Part shown: positions 35,519-45,443 of the stretch, one piece after another | How positions within the stretch are numbered: position 1 is the stretch's first letter | Layout of the letters: every line of letters begins with the position of its first letter | Origin: Nanobdellota archaeon | GTDB lineage: Archaea; Nanobdellota; Nanobdellia; Pacearchaeales; GW2011-AR1 | Assembly: GCA_024654505.1 (NCBI GenBank) | Contig: JANLHN010000003.1 | Coordinates: 167,037-231,036, forward strand | Direction: 5' to 3' | Length of the DNA stretch: 64,000 nucleotides | Position numbers and translations under genes: made by a program | The notes under the pieces: generated by a model | Database searches by the model: none | What the model saw: the letters and a program-made list of their open reading frames with translations, nothing else | Told to the model about the DNA's origin: nothing

Positions 35519-37207
35519 ATGGTCGAAATATCAAAAGAAGTAATCAAGGCTTATGCCTTAGAAAATGCTTTGAAGTATGGGGGGAAGGCAAGCCAGGGAG
35601 CAGTTCTTTCTTGTTTGTTTGCTGAAGGCTTAGAAAAATCAGAGATTAAAGACCATATCCCAAAAATTCAAGAAGTTTTGAATGAAATTGGTTCTATGTC
35701 TTTTCTTGAGCAAAAAAAGGCATTTGAGCCATTGGAAGAGTTAGTTTCTAAAAGGGAACTTCGTGAAGGTTTACTTGAATTACCAAATGCTGAGAAGGGG
35801 AAGGTAGTTATGAGGCTTGCTCCGTTTCCTTCTGGACCCCTACATATCGGAAATGCTCGGGGTTTAATCTTGAATGATGAATATGTAAAAATGTATAAGG
35901 GAAAATTAATTTTGGTGATGGATGATACGATTGGGAGTGTAGATAAACCTATAGAAAAAGACGCTTACAAAATGATTGAAGAGGGTGTTAAGTGGTTGGG
36001 AGTAGATTATGATAAAAAGATTATTTACAAGTCAGATCGTATTGAGAAATATTATGCCTATGCTGAAGAGATGATTAAAAAGGGATATATTTATGTTTGT
36101 AATTGTTCTTCAGAAGAAATCCAGAATTTGAGGGCTAAGGGTATTGCCTGTTCTTGTCGACAATTTTCAAATGAAGAACAGGTTAAAAGATGGAAACAGA
36201 TGTTTACTGCTGAAGAGGGGTCTACATGTGCCCGTTTGAAGACTAATATGGATGACCCCGACCCTGCGTTTAGAGATAGGGTGATGTTTAGGATTAGTGA
36301 TAGGCCACATGCTAGAACTGGAAAAAAATATAGAGTTTATCCGCTTCTTGATTTTGCTTTTGCTATTGATGACCATTTACTTGGAGTTACTCATATTCTT
36401 AGGGGTATGGACCTTGTTATGGAGACACGTGTTGAAAAATTTATTTGGGATATTTTTAAGTGGAAACATCCTGAGGTGATTTACCATGGACATTTTGCAA
36501 TTAAGGGGGTTAAACTTTCAAAATCAAAAGGTGCACAGGAAGTTAAATCTGGGATTTATAATGGATGGAATGACCCGCGAACCTGGTCCCTACAATCCCT
36601 TAGGGACAGGGGAATTTCCCCCGAGGCAATAAGAGAGTTTATTTTAGGTATGGGAATTAAAAAAACAAAAATTGTTGTTCCTGTTGATGTAATCTACTCT
36701 CTTGATAGAAAAAGATTGGAAAATTCAAAAAGATATTTCTTCGTCGAAAATCCTGAAGGAATTCGAATAGGAGGTTGTCCTGAAATAAACGCTAAATTGC
36801 CTCTTCACCCAAGTGGGGAACAGGGATTCAGAGAGTATCTCACTACCCAAGAGTTTTATATTAGTAGAAGGGATTTTGAATCTATGGTAGAGGGGAACTA
36901 TAGACTCATGCATCTATTAAATTTTAAAGTAGACCACATCATAAAACTCAAACCAAAGACTTTTTCATTTATTTCTGAAAATCCTGAAAAAGAATTGAAA
37001 GCAAAATATATTCAATGGTTACCTGTAAATGTTGAGAACGTTGATGTAGAGGTTGTCATGCCGGATGGGAGTGTTGTTCGTGGTCTTGGAGAGCCAGAAC
37101 TCTCTAAATTAATTATTGGGACGGTTGTCCAATTTGAGAGGTTTGGTTTTGTTAGGTTACATAAAAAGGATGGAGATTGGCTAGAGTTTAGGTTTGCTCA
37201 TACTTAG
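35519..37207 (+). CDS. gltX: Glutamyl-tRNA synthetase, archaeal/eukaryotic type
   Basis: HIGH motif PSGPLHIGNARG. KMSKS-like VKLSKSKG. Overall layout of class I GluRS from archaea. Confidence 0.9.
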   Translation: MVEISKEVIKAYALENALKYGGKASQGAVLSCLFAEGLEKSEIKDHIPKIQEVLNEIGSMSFLEQKKAFEPLEELVSKRELREGLLELPNAEKGKVVMRLAPFPSGPLHIGNARGLILNDEYVKMYKGKLILVMDDTIGSVDKPIEKDAYKMIEEGVKWLGVDYDKKIIYKSDRIEKYYAYAEEMIKKGYIYVCNCSSEEIQNLRAKGIACSCRQFSNEEQVKRWKQMFTAEEGSTCARLKTNMDDPDPAFRDRVMFRISDRPHARTGKKYRVYPLLDFAFAIDDHLLGVTHILRGMDLVMETRVEKFIWDIFKWKHPEVIYHGHFAIKGVKLSKSKGAQEVKSGIYNGWNDPRTWSLQSLRDRGISPEAIREFILGMGIKKTKIVVPVDVIYSLDRKRLENSKRYFFVENPEGIRIGGCPEINAKLPLHPSGEQGFREYLTTQEFYISRRDFESMVEGNYRLMHLLNFKVDHIIKLKPKTFSFISENPEKELKAKYIQWLPVNVENVDVEVVMPDGSVVRGLGEPELSKLIIGTVVQFERFGFVRLHKKDGDWLEFRFAHT

Positions 37208-37208
37208 G

Positions 37209-37580
37209 ATGAAAGCACTTTCTTTAAAACAACCATTTGCCGAACTTATTCTTTCAGGCAAGAAAACTATCGAATTGAGAAATTGGAATACTAAATTTCG
37301 TGGGAATTTCTTAATCCATTCCTCAAGAGTTTCGGATAAGAAAGCTATGAAAAAATTTGGGTTTGATATTTTGCCTGTTGGAAAAATTCTAGGCATTGCA
37401 AACCTTGTAGATGTTAGAGAGTACAAAAATGATATTGAGCATGAAAAAGATAAGAAAAAACATCTAGCAGACACCTCTTGGGGGAATTTTGGTTTTGTTT
37501 TAGAAGATGTAACAAGAATTAAACCACTTGATGCTAAAGGAATGTTGGGCTTCTGGGAATTCGAATACCCTCCTGTTTAA
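37209..37580 (+). CDS. ASCH-domain protein
   Basis: MKALSLKQPFAELILSGKKTIELR matches the ASCH N-terminal beta-barrel signature. The start was trimmed to 37209. The stop overlaps the next gene (TAATG). Confidence 0.55.
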   Translation: MKALSLKQPFAELILSGKKTIELRNWNTKFRGNFLIHSSRVSDKKAMKKFGFDILPVGKILGIANLVDVREYKNDIEHEKDKKKHLADTSWGNFGFVLEDVTRIKPLDAKGMLGFWEFEYPPV

Positions 37581-38013
37581 AATGAATACAACTTTGATTT
37601 TTGTTTGGATTTGGGCTGCGATGATTGCAATGTCTTTTTGGGAAGCTTATGTGGAGGGTAGAAATGCTTGGGACAAGAAGAAGTATGGTTGGAAGTTTAA
37701 AATTGGGAAGTTTGTTTTTACAGGATATCATTTTTTTGTCTTTTGGGTTATGTTTCCTTTGTTATTAACGTTGCCTTTTGTTATGTTTGGTTGGAATGCC
37801 CACCTATTCTGGATGGTTGTTGCGGCTTTTATCTCTGGAATGATAATTGAGGATTTCTTTTGGTATATTGTTAATCCAGAAGTTAAGTTGAGAGAATTTT
37901 GGTCCTCATTTAGTGATTATTATCCTTGGATAAAGATTAATGGTAAAAAAATTATCCCGATAGGTTATGTTCTTGGAGTGATACTAACAATCCTTATAGT
38001 AATATATTTTTAG
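37580..38013 (+). CDS. Integral membrane protein (4 TM)
   Basis: The start was trimmed to MNTTLIFVWIW. Multiple aromatic-rich hydrophobic helices. Confidence 0.5.
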
Positions 38014-38369
38014 TCTTCTTTCTTCTGTTTTTTTTGACCAAACCTTTCCTCGTTGCTTTTGAGTCCTTTTCCTTTTAGGACCATTGCTTCTCTCACTGCA
38101 AGAATTGCTTCGTCTACATTAAGATTTAATGGACAGATATTTTTGCATGAGCCATCCATTGTTGATTTAAAGAAAGCCTCGTCGAGAACTTTGGCTTTTA
38201 AGAGTGCTGCGTAACCGCGGGGAGTTAAAGATTCTTCTTTAGTTACATTAAATGTAGCACAATCCGCCCGACAAATCCCACAACTTATACAGGGGGCCAT
38301 GATTTCACTTGCTTTTTCAATCAGATTGTTTGCTTCTATCTTGTCTTGTTCGGATATTTTGTGTTTCAT
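38010..38369 (-). CDS. Ferredoxin-like Fe-S subunit (GlcF/HdrC-like N-terminal half) of an FAD-linked oxidase complex
   Basis: CISCGICRADC (CxxCxxC) and a second cluster CKNICP. Confidence 0.6.
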   Translation of the reverse strand: MKHKISEQDKIEANNLIEKASEIMAPCISCGICRADCATFNVTKEESLTPRGYAALLKAKVLDEAFFKSTMDGSCKNICPLNLNVDEAILAVREAMVLKGKGLKSNEERFGQKKQKKED

Positions 38370-39484
38370 ATTATTTTGCCAACATTGAATTTATTTGAAG
38401 AGTCTGTACGCTTTTTTATGTTGTTTATTATTTTTTGGTCTATAGGGTCTACAAATTCTTTTTTTCTAATTCCAATTCCATATTTTCCAGAAATTTGTCC
38501 TCCCAATTTTTTTATTAAGTGAATCATCTCAGGAATATGTTTTTCTTGTGATTGATTAAAACAAGGATGGATTAATCCAACAGCAAGATGACCAAAATAA
38601 GGTATTTCTCTTTTTTCTAACCATGTGACAAGTTGGGGGAATCTATCAATGAGGATTTTGGGATCCTCAATTCTCGTATATCCTTTATTAAATAATGAGA
38701 GATATATTTTGTCTATCATTTCTATTTGTTTTTCATATTCTTGTCCTTTTAAAATTCCGGAATCGCTTTCATATTCTACTATTAAATGATAATTTGATGG
38801 AAGGCCCATTATTTCACTTAATCTTTTGTCTAAAAACTCTACTATTGAAACTGCGCTGTTCCGCCTAAGCCTTCTTGTTGCCTCAATTACTCCATCAATA
38901 GTCTCAAGTTTTATGAGGGAAGCTGTTCTTGCCTTTAGAGGGGTTAGTTTTAAGCAGGCTTTAACAATCACTCCAGTAATACCTTCTAGCCCGGCATAAT
39001 CTGTTAGCTCCGTTGCTCCTTTCCTATGGAGTGCCCCCATATCATCTACAACTTCAACCCAAGTTATCCAATTTGCCGTTTGTTTATATCTGAATGTTCT
39101 ACTTCCAAAAGCATTTGTTGCAATCATTCCTCCAATTGTTGCTATTTTTTTACTTGGGATATCTATAGGGAATTCTAGTCTATGTGGTTCAAGGAATTCT
39201 TGCAAATCTTCTAAAATTACTCCTGCCTCTACCTCTATAGTTCTTCTCTCTTTATCTAAGGTGCCAATAGCATTTAATTTGGATAAGTCAATCACGGTAT
39301 CTTTCCCTCCTTGTGGAATACACCCTCCTGCAAATCCAGTTCCTGCCCCCCTTGGAACAACCCTTGTCGCCCTTGAAACTATGTTCTTTACCTCCATAAT
39401 TGTTTTTGGGTGGAAGACTTCCAAGGCCTTTCCCCTTAGTTGAGAGGCATCTACCTCATAGGGTTTCATATTTTCTTCTTTCAT
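38366..39484 (-). CDS. FAD-binding oxidoreductase (PCMH-type; GlcD / D-lactate dehydrogenase-like)
   Basis: VVPRGAGTGFAGGCIP is the FAD-binding 4 signature. Length and layout are typical of FAD-linked oxidases. Confidence 0.8.
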   Translation of the reverse strand: MKEENMKPYEVDASQLRGKALEVFHPKTIMEVKNIVSRATRVVPRGAGTGFAGGCIPQGGKDTVIDLSKLNAIGTLDKERRTIEVEAGVILEDLQEFLEPHRLEFPIDIPSKKIATIGGMIATNAFGSRTFRYKQTANWITWVEVVDDMGALHRKGATELTDYAGLEGITGVIVKACLKLTPLKARTASLIKLETIDGVIEATRRLRRNSAVSIVEFLDKRLSEIMGLPSNYHLIVEYESDSGILKGQEYEKQIEMIDKIYLSLFNKGYTRIEDPKILIDRFPQLVTWLEKREIPYFGHLAVGLIHPCFNQSQEKHIPEMIHLIKKLGGQISGKYGIGIRKKEFVDPIDQKIINNIKKRTDSSNKFNVGKII

Positions 39485-40221
39485 ATTTTTAAATCATTCA
39501 ATTTATTTAAAACAAATGTTGAAAATTCTGTGCTTCTTTCGGTTACTTCCTTAAGATTTAAGTAACAGATGTCTGAGGGGATAATAATTTTTGCTTCTGC
39601 GGGGAATTGGGTTACTCTTTTTTCTGCCATCTTCTTTGCAAGTTTTGGGAAATTGTGATAAACTCCTCCGCAGGCCCCACAACAAATAGAACTTTCACGG
39701 TTTAGTTTTGGTTCCTTTATCTTCCCACCAAGAATTTGTATTGCTTCTCTTGGTTCTTCATAAATTCCTGAATGCCTCCCTAAGTAGCAAGGGTCTTGAT
39801 AAGTTACTTCTTCTCCTTCTGCCTCGTCTAACCAACCTTTTCTGATTCCTTTTTTCTTTAGTGCGTTTAAGATTGTAACGGTTACATGTTCTACCCCAAT
39901 ATCCCACTCAGGGATTAGTGTTGGGTAAATCTCCTTGAACATATAATAAGATTCTGGAGAATTGGTGATGATTTTATCTATAGAGTTATCTTTGAAAAGT
40001 TTGAAGTTCTTCTTTGCGATTTTCCTAGCTTCTTTTTTGTAACCCGCAATTAATTCGTCCATTCCACAACCAGTATCCTCTTTGGGTAATAATACAAAAT
40101 TAATATCTAATTTGTTAAAAATCTCTTTATAATTTTCAAATATCTGTGGTAACTCTTCTTTTGTCAATTTCCCTGGAAAATAGAGTGTTTTTCCCCCTTT
40201 TAGCCAATCTAACATACCCAT
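39481..40221 (-). CDS. CCG-domain cysteine-rich protein (GlcF/HdrD/LutA-like C-terminal half)
   Basis: YQDPCYLGRH ... SSICCGACGG is the CCG-domain motif (CX31-39CCX35-36CXXC class). Confidence 0.7.
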   Translation of the reverse strand: MGMLDWLKGGKTLYFPGKLTKEELPQIFENYKEIFNKLDINFVLLPKEDTGCGMDELIAGYKKEARKIAKKNFKLFKDNSIDKIITNSPESYYMFKEIYPTLIPEWDIGVEHVTVTILNALKKKGIRKGWLDEAEGEEVTYQDPCYLGRHSGIYEEPREAIQILGGKIKEPKLNRESSICCGACGGVYHNFPKLAKKMAEKRVTQFPAEAKIIIPSDICYLNLKEVTERSTEFSTFVLNKLNDLKI

Positions 40222-40305
40222 CTTAATAGGACTTAAGAAGGGGGATTTAAAATGATTATTGTGATGGAATTTAAGTTAAGGGGAGATATTTAATGTTTAA
40301 TGCTT

Positions 40306-40326
40306 TTTCTAAAAAGCCTTAAAAAC
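40306..40326 (+). promoter_or_regulatory. Promoter motif TTCTAAAAAGCCTTAAAAAC ~20 nt upstream of the aIF5B ATG. It is shared with the aIF2-gamma gene
   Basis: An identical 17-mer CTAAAAAGCCTTAAAAAC is at 43700-43720 at the same distance from the start codon. It contains a TATA-like CTTAAAAA. Confidence 0.5.
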
Positions 40327-40346
40327 ACATTTTCTGTCTGTTTAAT

Positions 40347-42077
40347 ATGAAACAAATAAGGCAACCAATCGTAACGGTCTGCGGACATGTGGACCATGGG
40401 AAGACGTCCATTCTAGATAGGATTAGGGACACCTCTGTCCAAGAGGGGGAGGAGGGGGGAATAACTCAGAAAATTTCCTTTACTTTAATGGATTCTGCAA
40501 CTATTAAGAAAAGGTCTTCTGTAACTCTTGAGAGATTTAAGATTCCTTTAGATATTCCGGGGATTCTGTTCATAGATACCCCTGGGCATGCAGCGTTTAC
40601 TAATCTTAGGAAACGTGGAGGGAGTTTGGCCGATATTGCAGTTCTTGTTATTGATATTAATGATGGGATAAAACCCCAGACTGCAGAGGTTCTTCAGATT
40701 TTAAAGGCAAATAAAACCCCATTTATTATTGCCTTGAATAAAATTGATAATATTTCTGGTTGGAAGTCAGCCGAGTCTTTATTGTCTATTGATTCTGTTG
40801 ATAAACAGGCTTCTAATGTTAAGATGAATTATGAAGAAAAGTTTTATACAATAATTGGGGCGCTTAATTCATACGGGATAAATGCTGAGATGTATTCTAA
40901 GATTGATGATTTTACTAAAAATGTTGCGATTGTACCCTGCTCTGCAAGAACTGGGGAGGGAATAACTGAAATTCTTGCAATGATTACTGCACTTTCACAA
41001 AAGTTTTTGAAAGAAAGGATTGAAGTTCGTGAAGAAGGAAAGGGGGTTATATTGGAAGTTAAGAAAGAAAAGGCAGGAAATTATTTAGAATGTATTCTTT
41101 ATGATGGGAGGTTGAATGTTAAAGATGAAATTGTGATTGCTTCTTTTGATGAACCAATTGTTACAAAGATTAGGAATATTAGTGAGGCTAAACAATTGAA
41201 TAATGGTTTTGAAACTAAAGAAGAAGTGAAAGCCGCAACGGGTGTTCGGTTGAGTATAATCTCTAAAGAAGAAGTTTTACCTGGGATGCCATTTAAGGTT
41301 GTTAAAAATAATCTTGAAGAGATAAAAACCGAGTTTAGGAAAGAACTTTCTGAGGAGATTGTAACTGATGATTTTGGAATAGTTGTTAAGGCGGATTCTC
41401 TAGGAAGTCTAGAGGCTTTGTTAGTTTTGTTAAAACAAAAACAAATTAGTGTTCTAAAGGCGGGAATTGGACCTATTACTAAGAAAGACGTTTATACAGC
41501 GAATACTCTACCTGTAGAAGAAAGAGTTATTCTTGGTTTTAATATTGGGCTCTCTGCTGATGCAGATGTTGAAGAATTAAAGGAAGTCAAAGTTATAACA
41601 GACCCTGTGGTTTACAAATTGATTGAAAATTTTGAAAAGTGGAAAGAAGAGAAAATCAGGGGAATTGAAAGAGAGAAGTTAGACTCTTTACCCTCAATTT
41701 GTAAGATTACTATACTTGATTTTGTATTTAGGAATTCTAATCCTGCTGTTTTTGGGGTTAGGATTGATGGAGGGAAATTGAAAAAAGGTGAGAGGTTTAT
41801 TAATAATCTTGATGAAAAGGTTGGGCAGATAAAAGAAATTCAACATGATAAGAATGGTGTTCAAGAAGCAACGAAGGGACAAGAGGTTGCGATTTCCGTT
41901 CCAGGTGTTAATTTTGAAAGGCAATTAGACGTTGGACAGGCACTCTACACAAATCTTTCAGAGACAGAATTTAGGAAGTTTAAAGAGAGTAAAGATTTAT
42001 TGACTCCTGAAGAGAAAAGCGTGTTGCAAGAAATTGCCCAAGTCAAGCGGAGAGATAATGCAACTTGGGGAGTATGA
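40347..42077 (+). CDS. infB: Translation initiation factor aIF5B (IF-2 homologue)
   Basis: G1 CGHVDHGKTS. DTPGH. NKID. Domain layout with C-terminal beta-barrels. 576 aa. Confidence 0.9.
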   Translation: MKQIRQPIVTVCGHVDHGKTSILDRIRDTSVQEGEEGGITQKISFTLMDSATIKKRSSVTLERFKIPLDIPGILFIDTPGHAAFTNLRKRGGSLADIAVLVIDINDGIKPQTAEVLQILKANKTPFIIALNKIDNISGWKSAESLLSIDSVDKQASNVKMNYEEKFYTIIGALNSYGINAEMYSKIDDFTKNVAIVPCSARTGEGITEILAMITALSQKFLKERIEVREEGKGVILEVKKEKAGNYLECILYDGRLNVKDEIVIASFDEPIVTKIRNISEAKQLNNGFETKEEVKAATGVRLSIISKEEVLPGMPFKVVKNNLEEIKTEFRKELSEEIVTDDFGIVVKADSLGSLEALLVLLKQKQISVLKAGIGPITKKDVYTANTLPVEERVILGFNIGLSADADVEELKEVKVITDPVVYKLIENFEKWKEEKIRGIEREKLDSLPSICKITILDFVFRNSNPAVFGVRIDGGKLKKGERFINNLDEKVGQIKEIQHDKNGVQEATKGQEVAISVPGVNFERQLDVGQALYTNLSETEFRKFKESKDLLTPEEKSVLQEIAQVKRRDNATWGV

Positions 42078-42282
42078 TTTTTGGCGACTTTGTCGCAGAT
42101 AATTTTTGATTTCGCCTTCGGCGATTTGGTAATGGGATACAGTTTTTTGTTAATCAAGTATAATTGTAATTATATTTCTGAGTTTAAAGTATTACTAAAT
42201 ATTCTCTAAAAGCGAGCGCCCTGCCTTGGGCGGGTGCGAGTGGTGAATCAAAACTCTTTTAGGGGAAGTTCGAAGAAATTTC

Positions 42283-42313
42283 ACTAAAAACTTTTCTTCA
42301 ATAAGTTTTTAAA
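42283..42313. repeat. Intergenic hairpin repeat CACTAAAAACTTTTCTTCAATAAGTTTTTAAACC. Copies 2 and 3 are at 63466 and 63518
   Basis: Inverted repeat AAAAACTT / AAGTTTTT with a 7-8 nt loop. Three near-identical copies, all downstream of genes. Confidence 0.6.
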
Positions 42314-42409
42314 CCCCTCCAATCTTCTTAATTTAGAATTAAGCTGCGGGGAGTCATCGAATTGGTCGTTGAACAAAGATCCACGGAAAATTATTAACAC
42401 AAACAAAAC

Positions 42410-42838
42410 ATGGCGTTTAAAATAAATGTTTCGCATAAGGGGAAGACCTTCAAAGTTGAGACTGAAGATGAAAAGTTGGTTGGGAGTTCTATTGGAGATA
42501 AAATTAAAGGAGAAGAGATTTCTGAAGATTTGAAGGGTTATGAGCTTGAGATTACTGGCACTTCGGATAAGGCCGGTTTTGCAGGTTTCTTAAACATTAA
42601 TGGTCCAACTTTGAAGAAGGTTTTGCTTGACTATGGAAAAGGAATGCATAAAAAGCCGAAAGGTCTTAGAAAAAAAACGGGAATTAGAAGACCAAAAGGA
42701 CTTCGACTTCGAAAGACTGTTAGGGGAAAAGAAATATCTTTAGACACTGTTCAGATTAATACTATGGTCTTGAAGGAAGGCGGAAAGAAGTTTGAGGGGT
42801 TGTTTGTTAAGCCTGTTGAAGAAGAGAAGAAGGAATAA
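42410..42838 (+). CDS. rps6e: Ribosomal protein S6e
   Basis: KINVSHKGKTFKVE...LKGYELEITGTSDKAGFAG matches the S6e conserved core. Basic C-terminus. Confidence 0.8.
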   Translation: MAFKINVSHKGKTFKVETEDEKLVGSSIGDKIKGEEISEDLKGYELEITGTSDKAGFAGFLNINGPTLKKVLLDYGKGMHKKPKGLRKKTGIRRPKGLRLRKTVRGKEISLDTVQINTMVLKEGGKKFEGLFVKPVEEEKKE

Positions 42839-42998
42839 TTTTATCTCTTGAAGAGTTAATCACTCGCATCTTGCTTCACTGAGATGCTCGCTTTTGGGGA
42901 ATATTTGTAAATTCGGTGATTCTTTGACACGATTTGTTCAACTTAATTAATAGAACTCTGATAAATAATTTTATATACCTCCCTGTCTTTGGCTAAAC

Positions 42999-43652
42999 AT
43001 GGCAGGAGAGGTTGTAGACATTTTAGATAGGTTGCCAGCGATATTCTCTGGTGAAGCTAGTCTGACGATTACTTTGCTTTTCTTTACTGCAGTTATTGTG
43101 ATTTATTCTGTTTTTATTTATTATTTTTATACTTTTTTGGCCAAAAGGAACATTATTGAATTTAATTTGAAACAATATAATCTTTATGAAAACCCTATTT
43201 TAGTGAAATTTTTTGCTGTGGTTTTTTATATTATTGAATATATTGTCCTATTACCAATAATGACTTTCTTTTGGTTTGCTGTTTTAGCGATTTTAATTTT
43301 ACTCTTAGCTGATGGTCTCGACGCCGGAACAATTCTTTTAATTTCTGCTGCCCTAGTTGCTTCTGTAAGGGTTGCATCTTATGTAAGTGAAATTCTATCA
43401 AAAGATTTGGCTAAAATGATTCCGTTTACTTTGCTTGCAATAGCAATAACAAAACATGGATTTTTTGACGTAAGTGCTCTTTTATCAAGAATTGGAGAAA
43501 TTCCTTTACTGTTCTCTAATCTCCCATATTATCTTTTATTTATTGTTGCGGTTGAGATGATTATGAGGTTCTTTGAAATTATAAGTGAAGTTTTCAATTT
43601 AAGGAAGAAGAAAATATTGAAAGATGATGACGATGAAGAGGAAGAGGAATAA
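42999..43652 (+). CDS. Integral membrane protein with C-terminal acidic tail (KDDDDEEEEE)
   Basis: 5-6 hydrophobic helices. No family motif. Confidence 0.45.
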   Translation: MAGEVVDILDRLPAIFSGEASLTITLLFFTAVIVIYSVFIYYFYTFLAKRNIIEFNLKQYNLYENPILVKFFAVVFYIIEYIVLLPIMTFFWFAVLAILILLLADGLDAGTILLISAALVASVRVASYVSEILSKDLAKMIPFTLLAIAITKHGFFDVSALLSRIGEIPLLFSNLPYYLLFIVAVEMIMRFFEIISEVFNLRKKKILKDDDDEEEEE

Positions 43653-43699
43653 ACAAACCTTTTAAAGTAACATCAAAGATGTTTCATGTTTAAGGTTTT

Positions 43700-43720
43700 C
43701 CTAAAAAGCCTTAAAAACCC
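43700..43720 (+). promoter_or_regulatory. Promoter motif CCTAAAAAGCCTTAAAAACCC upstream of aIF2-gamma (second copy of the 40306 motif)
   Basis: See the 40306..40326 feature. ATG is at 43738. Confidence 0.5.
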
Positions 43721-43737
43721 ACACTCCAACTAATTCT

Positions 43738-44943
43738 ATGGAAGGAATAGATATCTCAAAAATTGACACAATAAATGTAGGAATAGTTGGGCATATTGAC
43801 CATGGAAAAACAACACTTCTGCAGAGACTTTCAGGAAAATGGGCAGATACACATTCTGAAGAATTAAAGAGAGGAATAACTATTAAGCTAGGTTATGCTG
43901 ATGCAATTGTGCGAGAAGAAGGGGGGAAATTGACAATAGACCCAAAATCTGAAGGAAAAATAGTTCGTTATATTACTTTTGTTGATGCTCCCGGTCATGA
44001 AATGCTTATGGCAACAATGCTTTCCGGAGCCGCAATTATAGACGCGGCTATTTTAGTTATTGCTGCAAATGAGGGAATTAAACCCCAGACACAAGAACAT
44101 CTTGTTGCTTTGAAGGCTAAAGGAATAAAAAATGTGATTATTGTCCAAAACAAGATTGATTTGGTTAACAGGGAAGGTGCAATTGCCAATTATGAGGAAA
44201 TAAAAAAATTTGTCAGGGGAACGGTTGCAGAGAATGCCCCAATAATCCCCATTTCTGCTCAGCAGAATGTTAACTTAGATATGATTGTTAAGGAACTATG
44301 TAATATTAAAATTGTTAAACCTTCTGTTGATGAAAAGCCAATTTTCTTAGTAGCCCGTAGTTTTGATATTAACAAACCCGGGACAAAAATTTCTGAACTT
44401 CATGGAGGTGTTCTTGGAGGAGCTTTAAAAAAGGGGCGGTTAAAGGTCGGAGATATTATTGAAATAAAACCTGGGTATTCTTTCAAAAAACATGACCAAT
44501 ATTTTTATACTCCCGTTAGGTCTAAAATTGTTTCAATGCAAAAGGGAGATTATCCAATAACAGAGGCTTTTCCTGGAGGAAGTTTAGCAATTGAAACCGA
44601 ACTGGACCCATCACTAACCAAAGCCGATGCACTTTCTGGGGGTGTTGTTTCTCTTGAAGGTGTTCTTCCAGAAATCACAGAGAAAATTGGTCTTAGATAT
44701 AATTTGTTTAAAGAAGTTTTTGGGACTGGGAAACATGAGATTGTTGGAGGATTAAAGGTAAATGAGATGTTGATGCTTAGTCTAAATACTTCTATAACTG
44801 TTGGAACAATTACTAAGATTTCAAAAGATTTTGCCGAACTAATATTAAAGATACCTGTAGTCCCATTAAAGGGAGAATCTGTGGGGATTGCAAGGAATCT
44901 TAATGGCCACTGGAGACTGATTGGTTTTGGGACTATCGAGTAA
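43738..44943 (+). CDS. eif2g: Translation initiation factor aIF2 gamma subunit
   Basis: GIVGHIDHGKTTL...HSEELKRGITIKLGYADA, DAPGHE, NKIDL. EF-Tu-like three-domain length of 401 aa. Confidence 0.85.
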   Translation: MEGIDISKIDTINVGIVGHIDHGKTTLLQRLSGKWADTHSEELKRGITIKLGYADAIVREEGGKLTIDPKSEGKIVRYITFVDAPGHEMLMATMLSGAAIIDAAILVIAANEGIKPQTQEHLVALKAKGIKNVIIVQNKIDLVNREGAIANYEEIKKFVRGTVAENAPIIPISAQQNVNLDMIVKELCNIKIVKPSVDEKPIFLVARSFDINKPGTKISELHGGVLGGALKKGRLKVGDIIEIKPGYSFKKHDQYFYTPVRSKIVSMQKGDYPITEAFPGGSLAIETELDPSLTKADALSGGVVSLEGVLPEITEKIGLRYNLFKEVFGTGKHEIVGGLKVNEMLMLSLNTSITVGTITKISKDFAELILKIPVVPLKGESVGIARNLNGHWRLIGFGTIE

Positions 44944-44973
44944 GTTTATAAAAACCAAATTCTTATACTAACT

Positions 44974-45441
44974 ATGGCAAATGTAAAAGATAATGGGGTG
45001 GAATACGCCCTTGCTGAGAAGAAATCTATTCTTCAAGGTCTGAGAGATTCTTTACCTGAAGGAGCCCATCCAACAAAAAGAACGGGATATATTCTATCAA
45101 TAATATTTGGATTAGTAGTTCTTATCGGTGCTCTTAATTTTCCCTTCTTCTCAGTTTTTAGCGGTAATACTAATATTGAAATAAATATTGGCTGGCCTTT
45201 AATTTTTCTTAATTTTCAATTAAACAATATTGATAGTTCTCCTATAAAGGTTGGGAATCTTATTGTGGATATTCTACTCTGGGTCTTCCTAGCTTATGCA
45301 ATAGATATCTTAATTAATATAATCATGAGTACTAAATTTACTAAGACTGAGGAAGAGAAAAAAGCAATTCCCCATATTTATGAAGATAAAAAATCCAAGA
45401 GTATTGCTGATAGGGTAACTAAGAAAGTTTTTAGTAAATAA
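44974..45441 (+). CDS. Membrane protein, hypothetical
   Basis: Hydrophobic segments ILSIIFGLVVLIGALNFPFF and LIVDILLWVFLAYAIDILINIIM. Confidence 0.4.
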   Translation: MANVKDNGVEYALAEKKSILQGLRDSLPEGAHPTKRTGYILSIIFGLVVLIGALNFPFFSVFSGNTNIEINIGWPLIFLNFQLNNIDSSPIKVGNLIVDILLWVFLAYAIDILINIIMSTKFTKTEEEKKAIPHIYEDKKSKSIADRVTKKVFSK

Positions 45442-45443
45442 TT

